This document shows positions 9,382 to 19,759 of a DNA stretch of 64,000 nucleotides, in pieces. Positions within the stretch are counted from its first letter, which is position 1. Each line of letters begins with the position of its first letter. The stretch covers positions 160,001 through 224,000 of the forward strand of contig JBCBUK010000007.1 of assembly GCA_039818205.1 (NCBI GenBank). The letters run 5' to 3'. The notes beneath the pieces were generated by a model. That model worked only from the letters and a program-made list of their open reading frames with translations. It ran no database searches and was not told the DNA's origin. Position numbers and translations under genes: made by a program. This stretch comes from Verrucomicrobiota bacterium. GTDB lineage: Bacteria > Verrucomicrobiota > Verrucomicrobiia > Opitutales > Cerasicoccaceae.

Positions 9382-11499
9382 ATGACCCGTAAAACCACTC
9401 GCTCAAAAAAAGTCGCTTACTTTAACCGTGAACTCAGCTGGCTGGCCTTCAATCGCCGCGTGCTGGAGTTATCGTTAAGCGAGAAACAACCGCTACTCGA
9501 GCGCCTCAAATTCCTTTCGATCGTCAGCTCAAACCTCGACGAGTTTTTTGAGATTCGCGTCGCTGGGCTAGTCCAACAGGTTGAGTCGGGAGTCCTTGAG
9601 GTTGGCATCGATGGCCTGGGCCCCAAAGAGCAGCTCCGTCGCATTCACAGTATCACGGGCTCGCTCGTGAAAGACCAGTATGAGTGTTGGCACGATCAAC
9701 TCGTGCCCGCGATGAAGAAGGAAGGAATCCTTTTCAAAGGTCGAAAAGATCTGACTCGCCGCGAACTGGCCTGGGCGAAAAAGTATTTTGAAGAACAAGT
9801 TTACCCGGTGCTGACTCCGATGGGGCTCGACCCGTCTCATCCATTCCCCCAACTCGCCAACAAATCGCTCAATATTTTGGTCAAACTGGTTGATCCTGGG
9901 CGTGGACGCAAAGAACACCGTGTCGCGGTGATTCCGGTACCCCGCATTCTTCCGCGCGTGGTTCCCATCGAGCTTGAGGGAGAGGACAGCACCCAGACGT
10001 ACATTTTCCTGAGCGACCTGATAAAAATGTTCGATGAAGCTCTCTTCCCGGGCTACCGAATGAAAGGGGCATGGGCCTTCCGCATTACGAGGAATAGCGA
10101 CCTCTACATCGACGAAGAAGAGGTCGAAAACCTTCTCACGAAGATCGAAGAAGAGCTCCACAAAATCCGCAAGGGTGCCCCCGTCCGCTTAGAGATCGAA
10201 CACGACGTCGATGAGGACATGCTGGAGAGCCTGCTGCGCGCCAACGACATTCCATCGGAATATGTATTTCGCATTGATGGACCGATCAATATGATGCGCC
10301 TGATGAGTGTCTATGGGATGGTTGAACGCCCGGACCTCAAAGACAAGCCGCTCCAAACCCGCACCCCAGAAGGGCTCTGCCATGCGTCCGACATTTTCAA
10401 AAACATCCGTGAACGGGACTACCTGCTTCATCACCCATTCGATTCCTTTACCCCGGTTGTTGAGTTCCTTTATCAAGCGGCCCGCGACCCCAAGGTGTTT
10501 GCGATCAAACAAACACTCTATCGTACCAGTGGTGACTCGCCGGTAATCGAGGCGCTCAAACTCGCGTCCAACAATGGCAAGCAAGTCACCGCATTGGTTG
10601 AGCTCAAAGCCCGCTTCGATGAAGCCAATAATATCCAATGGGCTCGCGAACTCGAGGAAGTCGGCGTCCATGTGGTTTACGGACTGGCCGGCCTCAAGAC
10701 TCATTGCAAATGCAGCCTAGTCGTTCGACGGGAAGGCAATGGCTTGCGCCGCTACGCACACCTCGGCACGGGAAATTACAACCCGAAGACTGCGAAGCTT
10801 TATACTGACCTAAGCCTGATGACCGCCAACGAGGCGCTTACCAGCGAAATCGCGGATTTGTTCAATACGCTAACCGGTTTTTCGCGCTCGCCGCATTTCG
10901 AGAAATTGTTGGTAGCCCCTTTCACCCTGCACTCCGAAATTCAAAAGCGTATTAAACGCGAAACGCGTAATGCCAAAGCCGGCAAACCGGCCCGAATCAT
11001 TGCCAAGTGCAATAGCCTCATTGAGAAAGAAACGATCAACAACCTCTACGACGCATCAAAGGCCGGCGTATCGATCGACCTCATTGTGCGCGGCATTTGC
11101 TCGCTAGTACCTGGCGTCAACGGAATGAGCGAAAACATTCGGGTGCGCAGCATCGTCGGTCGCTTTCTCGAGCACAGCCGCATCTACTATTTTGAAAACG
11201 GCGACAACGAACCTGAAGTCTATATTGGCAGCGCCGACTGGATGGCACGTAACTTCTTTCGCCGTATCGAATGCGTATTCCCGATCCAAGATCCCGATCT
11301 CAAGGCACGACTGATCAATGAGATCTTGCCGCCATACCTGAAGGATACTGATGCCAGAATTTTGAAACCAAATGGTGCCTACGGTCCCGTTCGGCGAACA
11401 AAGACTGACGAAGAATTTTTCTCCCAACAGTACTTCTTCGACAACCCAATTGGCTATCCGAAACCTACGGAGCCTCCGGCCGATGCCCCCAAGGCCTAA
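9382..11499 (+). CDS. ppk1: Polyphosphate kinase 1
   Basis: [41 protein letters not shown] and RFLEHSR. Confidence 0.97.
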   Translation: MTRKTTRSKKVAYFNRELSWLAFNRRVLELSLSEKQPLLERLKFLSIVSSNLDEFFEIRVAGLVQQVESGVLEVGIDGLGPKEQLRRIHSITGSLVKDQYECWHDQLVPAMKKEGILFKGRKDLTRRELAWAKKYFEEQVYPVLTPMGLDPSHPFPQLANKSLNILVKLVDPGRGRKEHRVAVIPVPRILPRVVPIELEGEDSTQTYIFLSDLIKMFDEALFPGYRMKGAWAFRITRNSDLYIDEEEVENLLTKIEEELHKIRKGAPVRLEIEHDVDEDMLESLLRANDIPSEYVFRIDGPINMMRLMSVYGMVERPDLKDKPLQTRTPEGLCHASDIFKNIRERDYLLHHPFDSFTPVVEFLYQAARDPKVFAIKQTLYRTSGDSPVIEALKLASNNGKQVTALVELKARFDEANNIQWARELEEVGVHVVYGLAGLKTHCKCSLVVRREGNGLRRYAHLGTGNYNPKTAKLYTDLSLMTANEALTSEIADLFNTLTGFSRSPHFEKLLVAPFTLHSEIQKRIKRETRNAKAGKPARIIAKCNSLIEKETINNLYDASKAGVSIDLIVRGICSLVPGVNGMSENIRVRSIVGRFLEHSRIYYFENGDNEPEVYIGSADWMARNFFRRIECVFPIQDPDLKARLINEILPPYLKDTDARILKPNGAYGPVRRTKTDEEFFSQQYFFDNPIGYPKPTEPPADAPKA

Positions 11500-11514
11500 G
11501 TCGAAGAACGGACC

Positions 11515-12285
11515 TCAGTTTCCTTCGTTATCAACAACCTTATAAGAGGTTGGCTTCGTAAAGTAGAAACTTAGCAAGCCTTCATTGGTATCGACCTCTC
11601 TCACGGTGGTCATCGCGATCATCTTATCGTCGAAATAAGTCCGGATCCGATGCGGTATGTTGATGCCCCTGACGGCACGATAATCTTCGAACAAAAACTC
11701 CAGTGGCTTTTCATCCGCTGACGGTCGATAGGCGCGGCGAGATTCCAAGAACGTCACCCCGTTAAGCCAAATATCGAGGATATCGCCCTCCCGAGGATTC
11801 GTCAGACGAATGTGATACTCCGCTTGGTCTTCACTACCAGCCTCGGGCATTTCCAAACCCAACAACTCCGCGCGAAATCCGTAAGCAAATGGCTTATCGA
11901 GCGGTGTTAGATACGAGTTCATTATTCGAAAAAAGCGAAGCGCTTTTGGATCGAGCTCCCTCGCACCCTTCTCGGGATTTCCTGCGACCCATCGCCAAGC
12001 CTTGGATCCGTCAAACACCTGGATGACTGACTCGCCATCACAAGAAACTTCGTACCGAATCTCTCCCGAGTCACGCTGATTCAGTTTGTAAGTGAAGGTC
12101 AGGTTTCCCTGGATCGTTTCACCTTCAATGCCAATACTTTTTAGGTTTCGCAGGCTTGCGTACTCACCCCGTGCACTTTGGTAGCGAATGATTAAATCAT
12201 TCAAGTCTTCATTCGTAACCCTGCCAGTAAGCGCGGTTGCGAACAGCAAGCTCAGACCAAGAAAATTTGTAAGCTGTTTAAACAA
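11515..12285 (-). CDS. Exported protein, LolA-like fold suspected
   Basis: Signal peptide. Q.FDG..AW and F.DYR.V.G..IPH patterns. Confidence 0.55.
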   Translation of the reverse strand: MFKQLTNFLGLSLLFATALTGRVTNEDLNDLIIRYQSARGEYASLRNLKSIGIEGETIQGNLTFTYKLNQRDSGEIRYEVSCDGESVIQVFDGSKAWRWVAGNPEKGARELDPKALRFFRIMNSYLTPLDKPFAYGFRAELLGLEMPEAGSEDQAEYHIRLTNPREGDILDIWLNGVTFLESRRAYRPSADEKPLEFLFEDYRAVRGINIPHRIRTYFDDKMIAMTTVREVDTNEGLLSFYFTKPTSYKVVDNEGN

Positions 12286-12399
12286 TAGGACTAATCAATT
12301 TTATAGTGTCCTGCAAACATACGCCATGTTTGCTGCAGCACAATGACTTTGATCGGGAAAAGCCAGCAATGATTAACCCCGCGAACTGGTGAAAGTTAG

Positions 12400-13989
12400 C
12401 TAAGCTTCGCCCTGATCGAGGGCAATCTTGTATTGGAACGCGTCCCGCAGGGCTTCCAACGATGCTTCAATGATATCATCGGAAGCTCCAACGGTTCCCC
12501 AAATATGTTCTCCATCCGTGGACTCAACCTGAACTCGGATGATCGCCTTAACGCCTTTTTGTCCGTCGAGAATCCGAACCTTGAAATCCGTTAACCGAAC
12601 ATCATGGACTTGCGGGAACTCCGCCTCCAATGCCTTGCGCAAGGCAGCATCCACGGCACCGACGGGACCCGTCGATTCACCGACGACATGGTAGATATTT
12701 TCGCCAATCTGCAATTTGATGGTCGCCTCGGCAGTCACGTCGTCCTTCCACTCACCATACTCATCGATGACCTTATAATTAAGGATTTTGAAAGGCTCGG
12801 CCTTTTGGTCGATATACTTGCGGATCAGGAGTTTAAACGAGGCATCGGCAGCTTCATATTCATAACCGCGAAACTCCAACTGCTTGAGCTCGTCAAGGAA
12901 GCCCTTCATTGCCGGAGAAGTCGACTCCACGTCCAAGCCCATTTCATGGGCCTTCATCATAATGGAAGCGCGACCTGACATATCGGACACAACCACTCGG
13001 GTGCGGTTGCCCACAGCCTCCGGCTCAATGTGCTCGTAGGAGTGTTTCACCTTGTTGACCGCATCAGCATGAACGCCGCCCTTATGCACGAAGGCCGAGG
13101 CTCCAACATAGGGTTGCTTGCTATCGTGGCGTTGGTTGGCCAGTTCTGCCGTAAACAATGAGAGATCGCGTAAACGGTTTAGCTGGTCCGAGCAATTCAT
13201 CGGATAGCCCATTTTCAGCGAAAGATTCGGGATAATCGTCGTCAGGTTGGCATTTCCAATGCGTTCACCATAGCCATTCATCGTTCCTTGCACCATCACC
13301 GCGCCGGCTTCGACACCCGCAAGGGAAAGCGCAACGCCCAAACCCGCATCATTATGGCAATGCATGCCAATCTTCGTATCAGGAAAACGGCCCTGGACTT
13401 GGGAAACGATCTCTTGGACCTCACTGACTAATGTGCCACCGTTGGTATCACAAGGAACCAGATACGATGCACCACCGCGCTGGGCCGCCTCCAAAGTCGC
13501 CAGAGCAAACTCCGGATTATCCTTGTAGCCGTCAAAAAAATGCTCCGCATCGTAAACGACCTCGCGCCCATTGTCTTTCAGATAGCGCACCGTGTCCTCA
13601 ATCATCTGGATGTTTTGCTCGGCCGTGGTCCGGAGAACCTCGGTCACGTGCAACAGCCAGGTTTTTCCAAAAATCGTGACCACCGGCGTCTCCGCCTCGA
13701 GCAACAACTTCACCTGCGGATCTTCCTCCACCGCAAATTTAGCCCGACGTGTCGAACCAAACGCAGCCACCTTGGCATGTTTCAGTGACACATTCTTGAT
13801 TTGCTCGAAAAATGCCATGTCTCGCGGGTTGGAACCTGGCCATCCGCCCTCAATGTAATCGATGCCAAACTGATCCAGTTTCTCGGCCAAGCGGACCTTG
13901 GAGCTAACGGTAAACGAAATACCCTCGCCCTGAGTGCCATCCCGGAGCGTGGTATCATAGAGGAAAACGTTGGGTTTCGCGGAGTCCAT
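12400..13989 (-). CDS. cimA: Citramalate synthase
   Basis: YDTTLRDGTQGEG, IEGGWPGSNP, YDAEHFFDG, HCHND, HKGGVH and a LeuA-type regulatory C-terminus. Confidence 0.92.
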   Translation of the reverse strand: MDSAKPNVFLYDTTLRDGTQGEGISFTVSSKVRLAEKLDQFGIDYIEGGWPGSNPRDMAFFEQIKNVSLKHAKVAAFGSTRRAKFAVEEDPQVKLLLEAETPVVTIFGKTWLLHVTEVLRTTAEQNIQMIEDTVRYLKDNGREVVYDAEHFFDGYKDNPEFALATLEAAQRGGASYLVPCDTNGGTLVSEVQEIVSQVQGRFPDTKIGMHCHNDAGLGVALSLAGVEAGAVMVQGTMNGYGERIGNANLTTIIPNLSLKMGYPMNCSDQLNRLRDLSLFTAELANQRHDSKQPYVGASAFVHKGGVHADAVNKVKHSYEHIEPEAVGNRTRVVVSDMSGRASIMMKAHEMGLDVESTSPAMKGFLDELKQLEFRGYEYEAADASFKLLIRKYIDQKAEPFKILNYKVIDEYGEWKDDVTAEATIKLQIGENIYHVVGESTGPVGAVDAALRKALEAEFPQVHDVRLTDFKVRILDGQKGVKAIIRVQVESTDGEHIWGTVGASDDIIEASLEALRDAFQYKIALDQGEA

Positions 13990-14100
13990 GGGAACAAAAA
14001 ACAGGTTAGTTTGCTGGATTAGCCGCCAAGGCCAAGCACGAAGTCACGTTTCCGCATTGCATCTTCGAACTTCCACATTCTATTGTAATACGTTTCGACC

Positions 14101-15405
14101 ATGATTCAAACCGACGACCTCAATCCGATGATCAAGCGCGCGATGCTCCTGGGCGTGCGGTTGCCGCGCATGCCCGAAGGCGAAGCGGAGGTCCTGTTGG
14201 AAGAGCTCGAAGAACTGGTCTCCAATTTAGGCATCGGAATCGGCACTAAACGCGTGGTCAAAATCCGCGAGCCCAACGCAGCCTTCCTGCTCGGCCAGGG
14301 CAAAATGCGGGAAATTGCCGAGGAGATTAAACTCCTGGAATGCGATTCACTCATTTTCGATGAGCCGCTATCCCCCGGCCAGCAACGCAATTGGGAACGT
14401 GAACTCGGCGGAAAAATCCTGGTGATCGACCGCCAGGAAATCATTCTGGATATCTTCAACAGCCGAGCGCAGACGCGGGAGGCCTCCCTGCAAGTCGAAT
14501 TGGCTCGGCTCGAGTATGAGCTGCCCCGGATGAAACGGGCCTGGTCCCACCTTGACCGGCAGCGCGGTGGTGGTGCCGTCCAGCGGGATGCGGGGGAAAC
14601 CCAGCTCGAGATGGACCAACGGATGATTCGCCAACGTATCTCCCGACTAAAATCTGAGCTGGATGAGGTGATCCAACATCGTGAGGTGCAGCGAAAACGC
14701 CGTGGCCGCGTCCCGCTGCCAACGGCATCGATCGTCGGCTACACCAACGCCGGCAAGTCCAGTCTGCTAAACCTCATGACCGATTCTGAGGTTTTAGCCG
14801 AAGACAAACTCTTCGCCACACTCGACCCAACAACCCGGCGAACCACCCTTCCCTCCGGCCAGACTCTACTGCTCACCGATACGGTCGGGTTTATTCGCCG
14901 TCTGCCTCACCGCCTGGTCGAAGCCTTTAAGGCGACGCTGGAAGAAGCCGTCGTTGCCACTTTTCTCATCCACGTGCTCGACGCATCCAGCCCCGATGTT
15001 GCCAAGCACTTTGAGACCACCATGAACGTCCTCAAAGAACTCAGCGCCGATGAAAAGCTCATCGTGACCGTGTTCAATAAAGTCGACCAGATTGAGGACC
15101 CGATGCAGCTCGCTATGCTGCGCCACGACTTCCCGGAAGCGCTCTTTGTGAGCGTTAAGACCGGCGAGAACATCGATAAACTCAAAGACAAATTCGAGGC
15201 CTGCATCACCGGCTGGGGTCACCCGGTCGAGCTGATGATTCCCCACGACCGCTACGACCTGGTCAACCGCCTCCACGAAGCTGGCGCTGTCAGCAGCAAA
15301 GAAATCCTCGATGAAGGTGTCCGAATCGAAGGCACCGTTCCCTCTCGAATGCTTGATCCCCTAAAGGCCTTTCTTGTAAACGGCTCAACAACCGCCATAA
15401 AATAG
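14101..15405 (+). CDS. hflX: GTPase HflX
   Basis: GETQLE, GYTNAGKS, LFATLDPT, DTVGF and NKVD. Confidence 0.97.
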   Translation: MIQTDDLNPMIKRAMLLGVRLPRMPEGEAEVLLEELEELVSNLGIGIGTKRVVKIREPNAAFLLGQGKMREIAEEIKLLECDSLIFDEPLSPGQQRNWERELGGKILVIDRQEIILDIFNSRAQTREASLQVELARLEYELPRMKRAWSHLDRQRGGGAVQRDAGETQLEMDQRMIRQRISRLKSELDEVIQHREVQRKRRGRVPLPTASIVGYTNAGKSSLLNLMTDSEVLAEDKLFATLDPTTRRTTLPSGQTLLLTDTVGFIRRLPHRLVEAFKATLEEAVVATFLIHVLDASSPDVAKHFETTMNVLKELSADEKLIVTVFNKVDQIEDPMQLAMLRHDFPEALFVSVKTGENIDKLKDKFEACITGWGHPVELMIPHDRYDLVNRLHEAGAVSSKEILDEGVRIEGTVPSRMLDPLKAFLVNGSTTAIK

Positions 15406-15413
15406 GGATCGAT

Positions 15414-16253
15414 ATGAAGAGGGTATTGCTATTAATCGCCGCCTTTTGCCTACTGTGCGGCTTTCGTAAAGTGTCTCCGGAGCAAATTGCCCGGGACGTC
15501 ATCCAGCGCACGGAATCGCATTTCAATGTCACCGAGCACGCTGAGCTCTATAAGTATGTCCGCATGGATTCCAAAGGCGTGGTCGCTCAAGGCGAAATGC
15601 TCATCATTTTCCGTTACGGCAAAGATGAAGCCCATGGAATCTTCCGCCTGCTCCCCGATGACGACAACGAGGGCGTCACGTTGATCAGTCGGCAGTCTCC
15701 CAACCAGCTCCCCGAACTCAGCCACTACGATGACAATACCGACAGTGGCGGTCGCATCGGAACCGCCCAAATGCACACCAAGCTCGGTGATACGGACTGG
15801 TTCTTCGAAGGCATCTACGATGATGACAAAATGGACTGGATTTACGAAAAAACCGGTTCCGGAAAATACCGTGGCCACCAGGTCCAAATCATCGAAGGCC
15901 GCTACCGCGATCCTCTGCTCCAGCATGCCTCCGGCTATTCATACCGCCGAATTTTGATTCGCCCAGACAATGACCTGCCAGTCGCCTCAGAGTTCTACAA
16001 TGACCGGGACGAAATTGTCTACACAATCGACCTGCTCCATCGGGAGCACTTTGAGTTCGACAATGATCCCCACGTCCGCACCCGCCAGTTTCAGATCATC
16101 AACTTTCGCGAAGGCTCGACCACAGTTATGACTCGAATCGCCAGCAACTGGGCGCCCAATCTGCCCCCCGAGCTCTACAACCTCGAATTCGCCGACGACT
16201 GGGATGAGGAAACCGACAAGATGATCAAGAATCAACTCATGCCGTTGAACTGA
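15414..16253 (+). CDS. Outer-membrane lipoprotein-sorting (LolA-like) protein
   Basis: Signal peptide and a beta-rich mature region containing GDTDWFFE. Confidence 0.55.
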   Translation: MKRVLLLIAAFCLLCGFRKVSPEQIARDVIQRTESHFNVTEHAELYKYVRMDSKGVVAQGEMLIIFRYGKDEAHGIFRLLPDDDNEGVTLISRQSPNQLPELSHYDDNTDSGGRIGTAQMHTKLGDTDWFFEGIYDDDKMDWIYEKTGSGKYRGHQVQIIEGRYRDPLLQHASGYSYRRILIRPDNDLPVASEFYNDRDEIVYTIDLLHREHFEFDNDPHVRTRQFQIINFREGSTTVMTRIASNWAPNLPPELYNLEFADDWDEETDKMIKNQLMPLN

Positions 16254-16311
16254 GAGCTACGATTTCGCTTGTGCTGAGATAGCACAAAGTAACCTTTCGG
16301 AAGTCAGGAAA

Positions 16312-16950
16312 ATGTACAAAGCGCTATTCGAGGCAGCTTCAAAGCACTTACGAACAAATGGGATAGAGCCATTGCTCATCGAGGGAGAACCAATTTCTGA
16401 AGCCAGATTGCTTGATGCGGAAAGAAAAATCGGTCGTCCAATCCCGCAAGACCTGAGAACCTTCTTCTTGGAAATGGGCGACGGCTTCCAATTTATCCCA
16501 GACCGTGAAAAGGAAAATTTATTCTTCATGGTAAGCTGGCTTGAAGACATTGTCGACAATGCAGATTTCCCGAAAATCTTGCAAGAGGAAGCCGAGGACA
16601 CAGGAGGAAATCCAAGTGATTTAGTAGCTGCTGAGCTCAAACGGAGGCAAAACTGGCTGCCCATTTATAATATCGGCGGAGGCGGCTATATGTTCTGCTT
16701 AGACCTAGAAGAATCGCCATCGCCAGTTCGATACTATGAAAGATGCTATTGGCCATCAGACGCCCCAGAGACATGGACATTTAAATTGGCGGATTCGTTT
16801 CACGATTTTGTCCTCCAATGGAGCCGGTATTGTTTCGAAGAAGCTAACGGTGCAACCTTGATCAACATTGCAATGGGTCTAACTGGAAAGTTCGATTGGG
16901 CGCCTACACGTTTCAACCCGATCTATGACCGCGGAAAAACCGACGTTTAG
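16312..16950 (+). CDS. SMI1/KNR4 (SUKH) family protein
   Basis: PISEARLLDAERKIGRPIPQDLRTF...DG, LPI..IGGG...CLD and LADSFHDF. Confidence 0.8.
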   Translation: MYKALFEAASKHLRTNGIEPLLIEGEPISEARLLDAERKIGRPIPQDLRTFFLEMGDGFQFIPDREKENLFFMVSWLEDIVDNADFPKILQEEAEDTGGNPSDLVAAELKRRQNWLPIYNIGGGGYMFCLDLEESPSPVRYYERCYWPSDAPETWTFKLADSFHDFVLQWSRYCFEEANGATLINIAMGLTGKFDWAPTRFNPIYDRGKTDV

Positions 16951-17338
16951 AAAACACCTCGTGCCCACTCCTACTGAAATCATCACACGGATCATAACCG
17001 GGCGTTGCCCGAAGTGTGGTGAGCGCGGATTGTTCGTGCACTGGTTCCGATTGCAGCGAGAATGCAAGCACTGCGGTTTGTCGCTGGCCAAAGAGGACGG
17101 ATTCTACTTGGGAACCACTTCGATTGGCTACGTCCTGGCCATCGTCGTTGTATTGATTCCGATCTGCGTGCTCGTCGTGTCCGATGTGATTGGCGTCTGG
17201 CTCGGAGTCACGATCGCCATTTTGGGCAGCCTGATCCTCGTCGCCGCCCTCTACCCCGTAATGCTCTGTGTACTGCTGGTGAGTTACTATCTGCTCAAGC
17301 CACAGGAGCTCGAAGACGAAGCATCCGCCGAACCATAG
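16925..17338 (+). CDS. DUF983 family membrane protein
   Basis: RCPKCG..GLF...CKHCGL....EDG followed by two TM helices. Confidence 0.8.
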   Translation: MTAEKPTFRKHLVPTPTEIITRIITGRCPKCGERGLFVHWFRLQRECKHCGLSLAKEDGFYLGTTSIGYVLAIVVVLIPICVLVVSDVIGVWLGVTIAILGSLILVAALYPVMLCVLLVSYYLLKPQELEDEASAEP

Positions 17339-17342
17339 GCAT

Positions 17343-17372
17343 AAAAAAAGCCCCGTCGATCGCGACGAGGCT
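17343..17372. terminator. Terminator between convergent genes
   Basis: AAAAAAAGCCCCGTCGatcgCGACGAGGCTT. Confidence 0.65.
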
Positions 17373-17398
17373 TCTCACAAAGTTATCCGGCAATCCGA

Positions 17399-18439
17399 CT
17401 ACTGGTTCTCCTTGTCGAAGGCACCGTCGAAAGCGACATCGCTGGTTGGGAAATCAACGCTGCGGACGAATTCGGCTGCTTCGGTGGCGCCGTGGAAGCG
17501 ATCCATGCGGATATCTTCCCACTCGACCGATAAGGGGCCAGCATAGCCAATGTCATTGAGAGCGACGATGATATCTTCGAACATGATGTCGCCATGGCCG
17601 AGGGAACGGAAATCCCAGAAGCGGCGGTGATCGCCAAAGTCAGTGTGGCCGCCAAAGACACCGACGGTGCCATCACCGTGATCCCACCAAGCATCCTTCA
17701 TGTGGACGTGGTAGATGCGATCGGCAAACTCACGAATAAACTTCACGTAATCGACTCCTTGATATCCCAAGTGCGACGGATCGTAATTGAAACCAAAGCG
17801 CTTGTGTCCCTTCAGGGCCTCGATCGCGCGCTTGGCGCTGGCGATATCGAAGGCGATCTCCGTTGGGTGCACTTCGAGCGCGAAATTCACATCGACTTTT
17901 TCAAAAGCGTCCAAAATGGGCTTCCAGCGCGTCGCGAAATCCTTGAAGCCGTCCACAATCATCTTTGGCGATACCGGCGGAAATGAGTAAATCAGGTGCC
18001 AGATACTGGATCCGGTGAAGCCATTGACTACCGCAGGAAAGGTCGAGGCACCCAGGCTTTCGGGCTTCGCGTCCATGAATTTGCGGCAAGCCTTACCGGT
18101 TGCGATCATCTCCTTGGCCGCCCGTTTGCGGACAGATTCCGGCTTTCCATCGCCCCAAACATGCTCGGGCAAAATCGCCTTGTGGCGCTCATCGATCAGG
18201 TCGCATACGGCCTGTCCTACGAGGTGCGTCGAAATCGAATAGCAGGTTAAACCGTTGTCAGCCAACAACTCCCATTTTTCTTTAAGATAGGTTTTTTTCG
18301 ATGCTTGGGCCACATCAAAGTGGTCTCCCCAGCAGGCGAGCTCCACGCCATCGTAACCCATTTCTTTGACGCGTGGGGCGAGTTTTTCAAGAGGGATATC
18401 GGCCCATTGGCCGGTGAAGAGCGTTACGGGTCGGGACAT
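17399..18439 (-). CDS. Sugar phosphate isomerase/epimerase (xylose isomerase-like TIM barrel)
   Basis: [33 protein letters not shown] and SVEWED. Confidence 0.9.
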   Translation of the reverse strand: MSRPVTLFTGQWADIPLEKLAPRVKEMGYDGVELACWGDHFDVAQASKKTYLKEKWELLADNGLTCYSISTHLVGQAVCDLIDERHKAILPEHVWGDGKPESVRKRAAKEMIATGKACRKFMDAKPESLGASTFPAVVNGFTGSSIWHLIYSFPPVSPKMIVDGFKDFATRWKPILDAFEKVDVNFALEVHPTEIAFDIASAKRAIEALKGHKRFGFNYDPSHLGYQGVDYVKFIREFADRIYHVHMKDAWWDHGDGTVGVFGGHTDFGDHRRFWDFRSLGHGDIMFEDIIVALNDIGYAGPLSVEWEDIRMDRFHGATEAAEFVRSVDFPTSDVAFDGAFDKENQ

Positions 18440-18625
18440 GGTGGGAGTCAGGTTAGCAATTACAGAGTTGGTTAACTCGATATGTTCCAATGCTTTTCCA
18501 AAAAAGTTTCAACCGCAAATCGCTTATTTCTTAGGATTCAGTTCTCATGCGGGGCTAGAAAGCGCAATTTGGGCTGGCCAAACGGTTTTCGGGTCCCTTT
18601 AGTGCGCGGCTTTGTCCCATCCAAA

Positions 18626-19036
18626 ATGAGTCTCCAGATCGATATCGATAACGTCCTCGAGGTGTCTTGCGACGACGCCCAAAAACGCGAATCCGCCCTC
18701 TCCGCGGCAAAAGATTTGGTCTCCGAGGCAGGCGACAAAGTTCAGGTGAGCGACGATCGAATCTTTTTTCACTGCGAGTGGGAGCCCCCGTTCAAGCAGC
18801 TAAAAAAACTCTCCGCAGCACACACTGGCGTGACCTTCACCCTTTGGTCGGAGGCATTTCAGCAGCATCACTGGATTTCCAAAGTCGACTACGTCGATGG
18901 CAAAGGTGCAGAAGAGACGCTTTCCCGCATCGATGACGAATTTCCAGCGGTGTTCAAAGAGATTTTCTCGGCCGAAGAATCCTCTTGGGAAAAATCTCCG
19001 ACCCCAGGGTTTCAAACCTGGTTTCCATCACGCTAA
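18626..19036 (+). CDS. Hypothetical protein, possibly with a DUF1281/YubB-type ferredoxin-like domain
   Basis: F..EWEPP...LKKLS.....VTFTL pattern. Confidence 0.5.
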   Translation: MSLQIDIDNVLEVSCDDAQKRESALSAAKDLVSEAGDKVQVSDDRIFFHCEWEPPFKQLKKLSAAHTGVTFTLWSEAFQQHHWISKVDYVDGKGAEETLSRIDDEFPAVFKEIFSAEESSWEKSPTPGFQTWFPSR

Positions 19037-19092
19037 TCGGAGGAATCGTTCCATGGCTCCGCCGTGGAACACCACTGCCATCGCACCCAGCC

Positions 19093-19488
19093 TTAGTGTG
19101 CCGCACATTTCTTCGCGGCAAGGTATGCGAGTCCCTTTTGCAGTTTCCTAAATATCTGGGCTTCATAGGTTAGCCGACCGTGAACGTAGGCCAGCCAAAT
19201 ACGTCCAATGCCGTAGTCCAGTGGCTTGGACAGCAAGACGGATAAGCGTCCACCATCCATACTGTCGTTGAGGGTTTCGCAATAGGAAGCGATCGAACGC
19301 ACCCCCATAATCGGTATGTCACCGACCGAGGCCCGAGAATGATCCGCGAGAACATTTTTGACGCCGGAACGAAAGCAGGTCCCATTCAATTGATCAATCA
19401 TGTCGAAAATCTCATCGGTATTGAGATCGCCCAATGAAATGATTCGGACAATTTCCAGCGTATCGTCAACTTCGATTGTGTAGCTCAT
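19093..19488 (-). CDS. STAS/SpoIIAA-like protein
   Basis: 131 aa with VLADHS, YGIGR and QIFR....LAYL, typical of SpoIIAA-like domains. Confidence 0.65.
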   Translation of the reverse strand: MSYTIEVDDTLEIVRIISLGDLNTDEIFDMIDQLNGTCFRSGVKNVLADHSRASVGDIPIMGVRSIASYCETLNDSMDGGRLSVLLSKPLDYGIGRIWLAYVHGRLTYEAQIFRKLQKGLAYLAAKKCAAH

Positions 19489-19759
19489 AACGCAAAGGAA
19501 TGTTTTCAGCCTATCGTTAGATGATTACACTAAACAGGCTACAATCGTCCTATTAATAGCGCAAATAAGAACCGCCCATACAACCCTACCTTATACACCT
19601 ATTTAAGAGGGTATCGATCCCGCACCTAACCAATCGGTGACACCGAGAATGGGCGATTTCTCCGGCTGACGTTTCATTCCCGATACAACTTTGCCCTTGG
19701 GGCGTTTTAACCTTCCAGAGGTGGCAGGACTTGATATAAATCAGGGAAACCCGCAAGTT

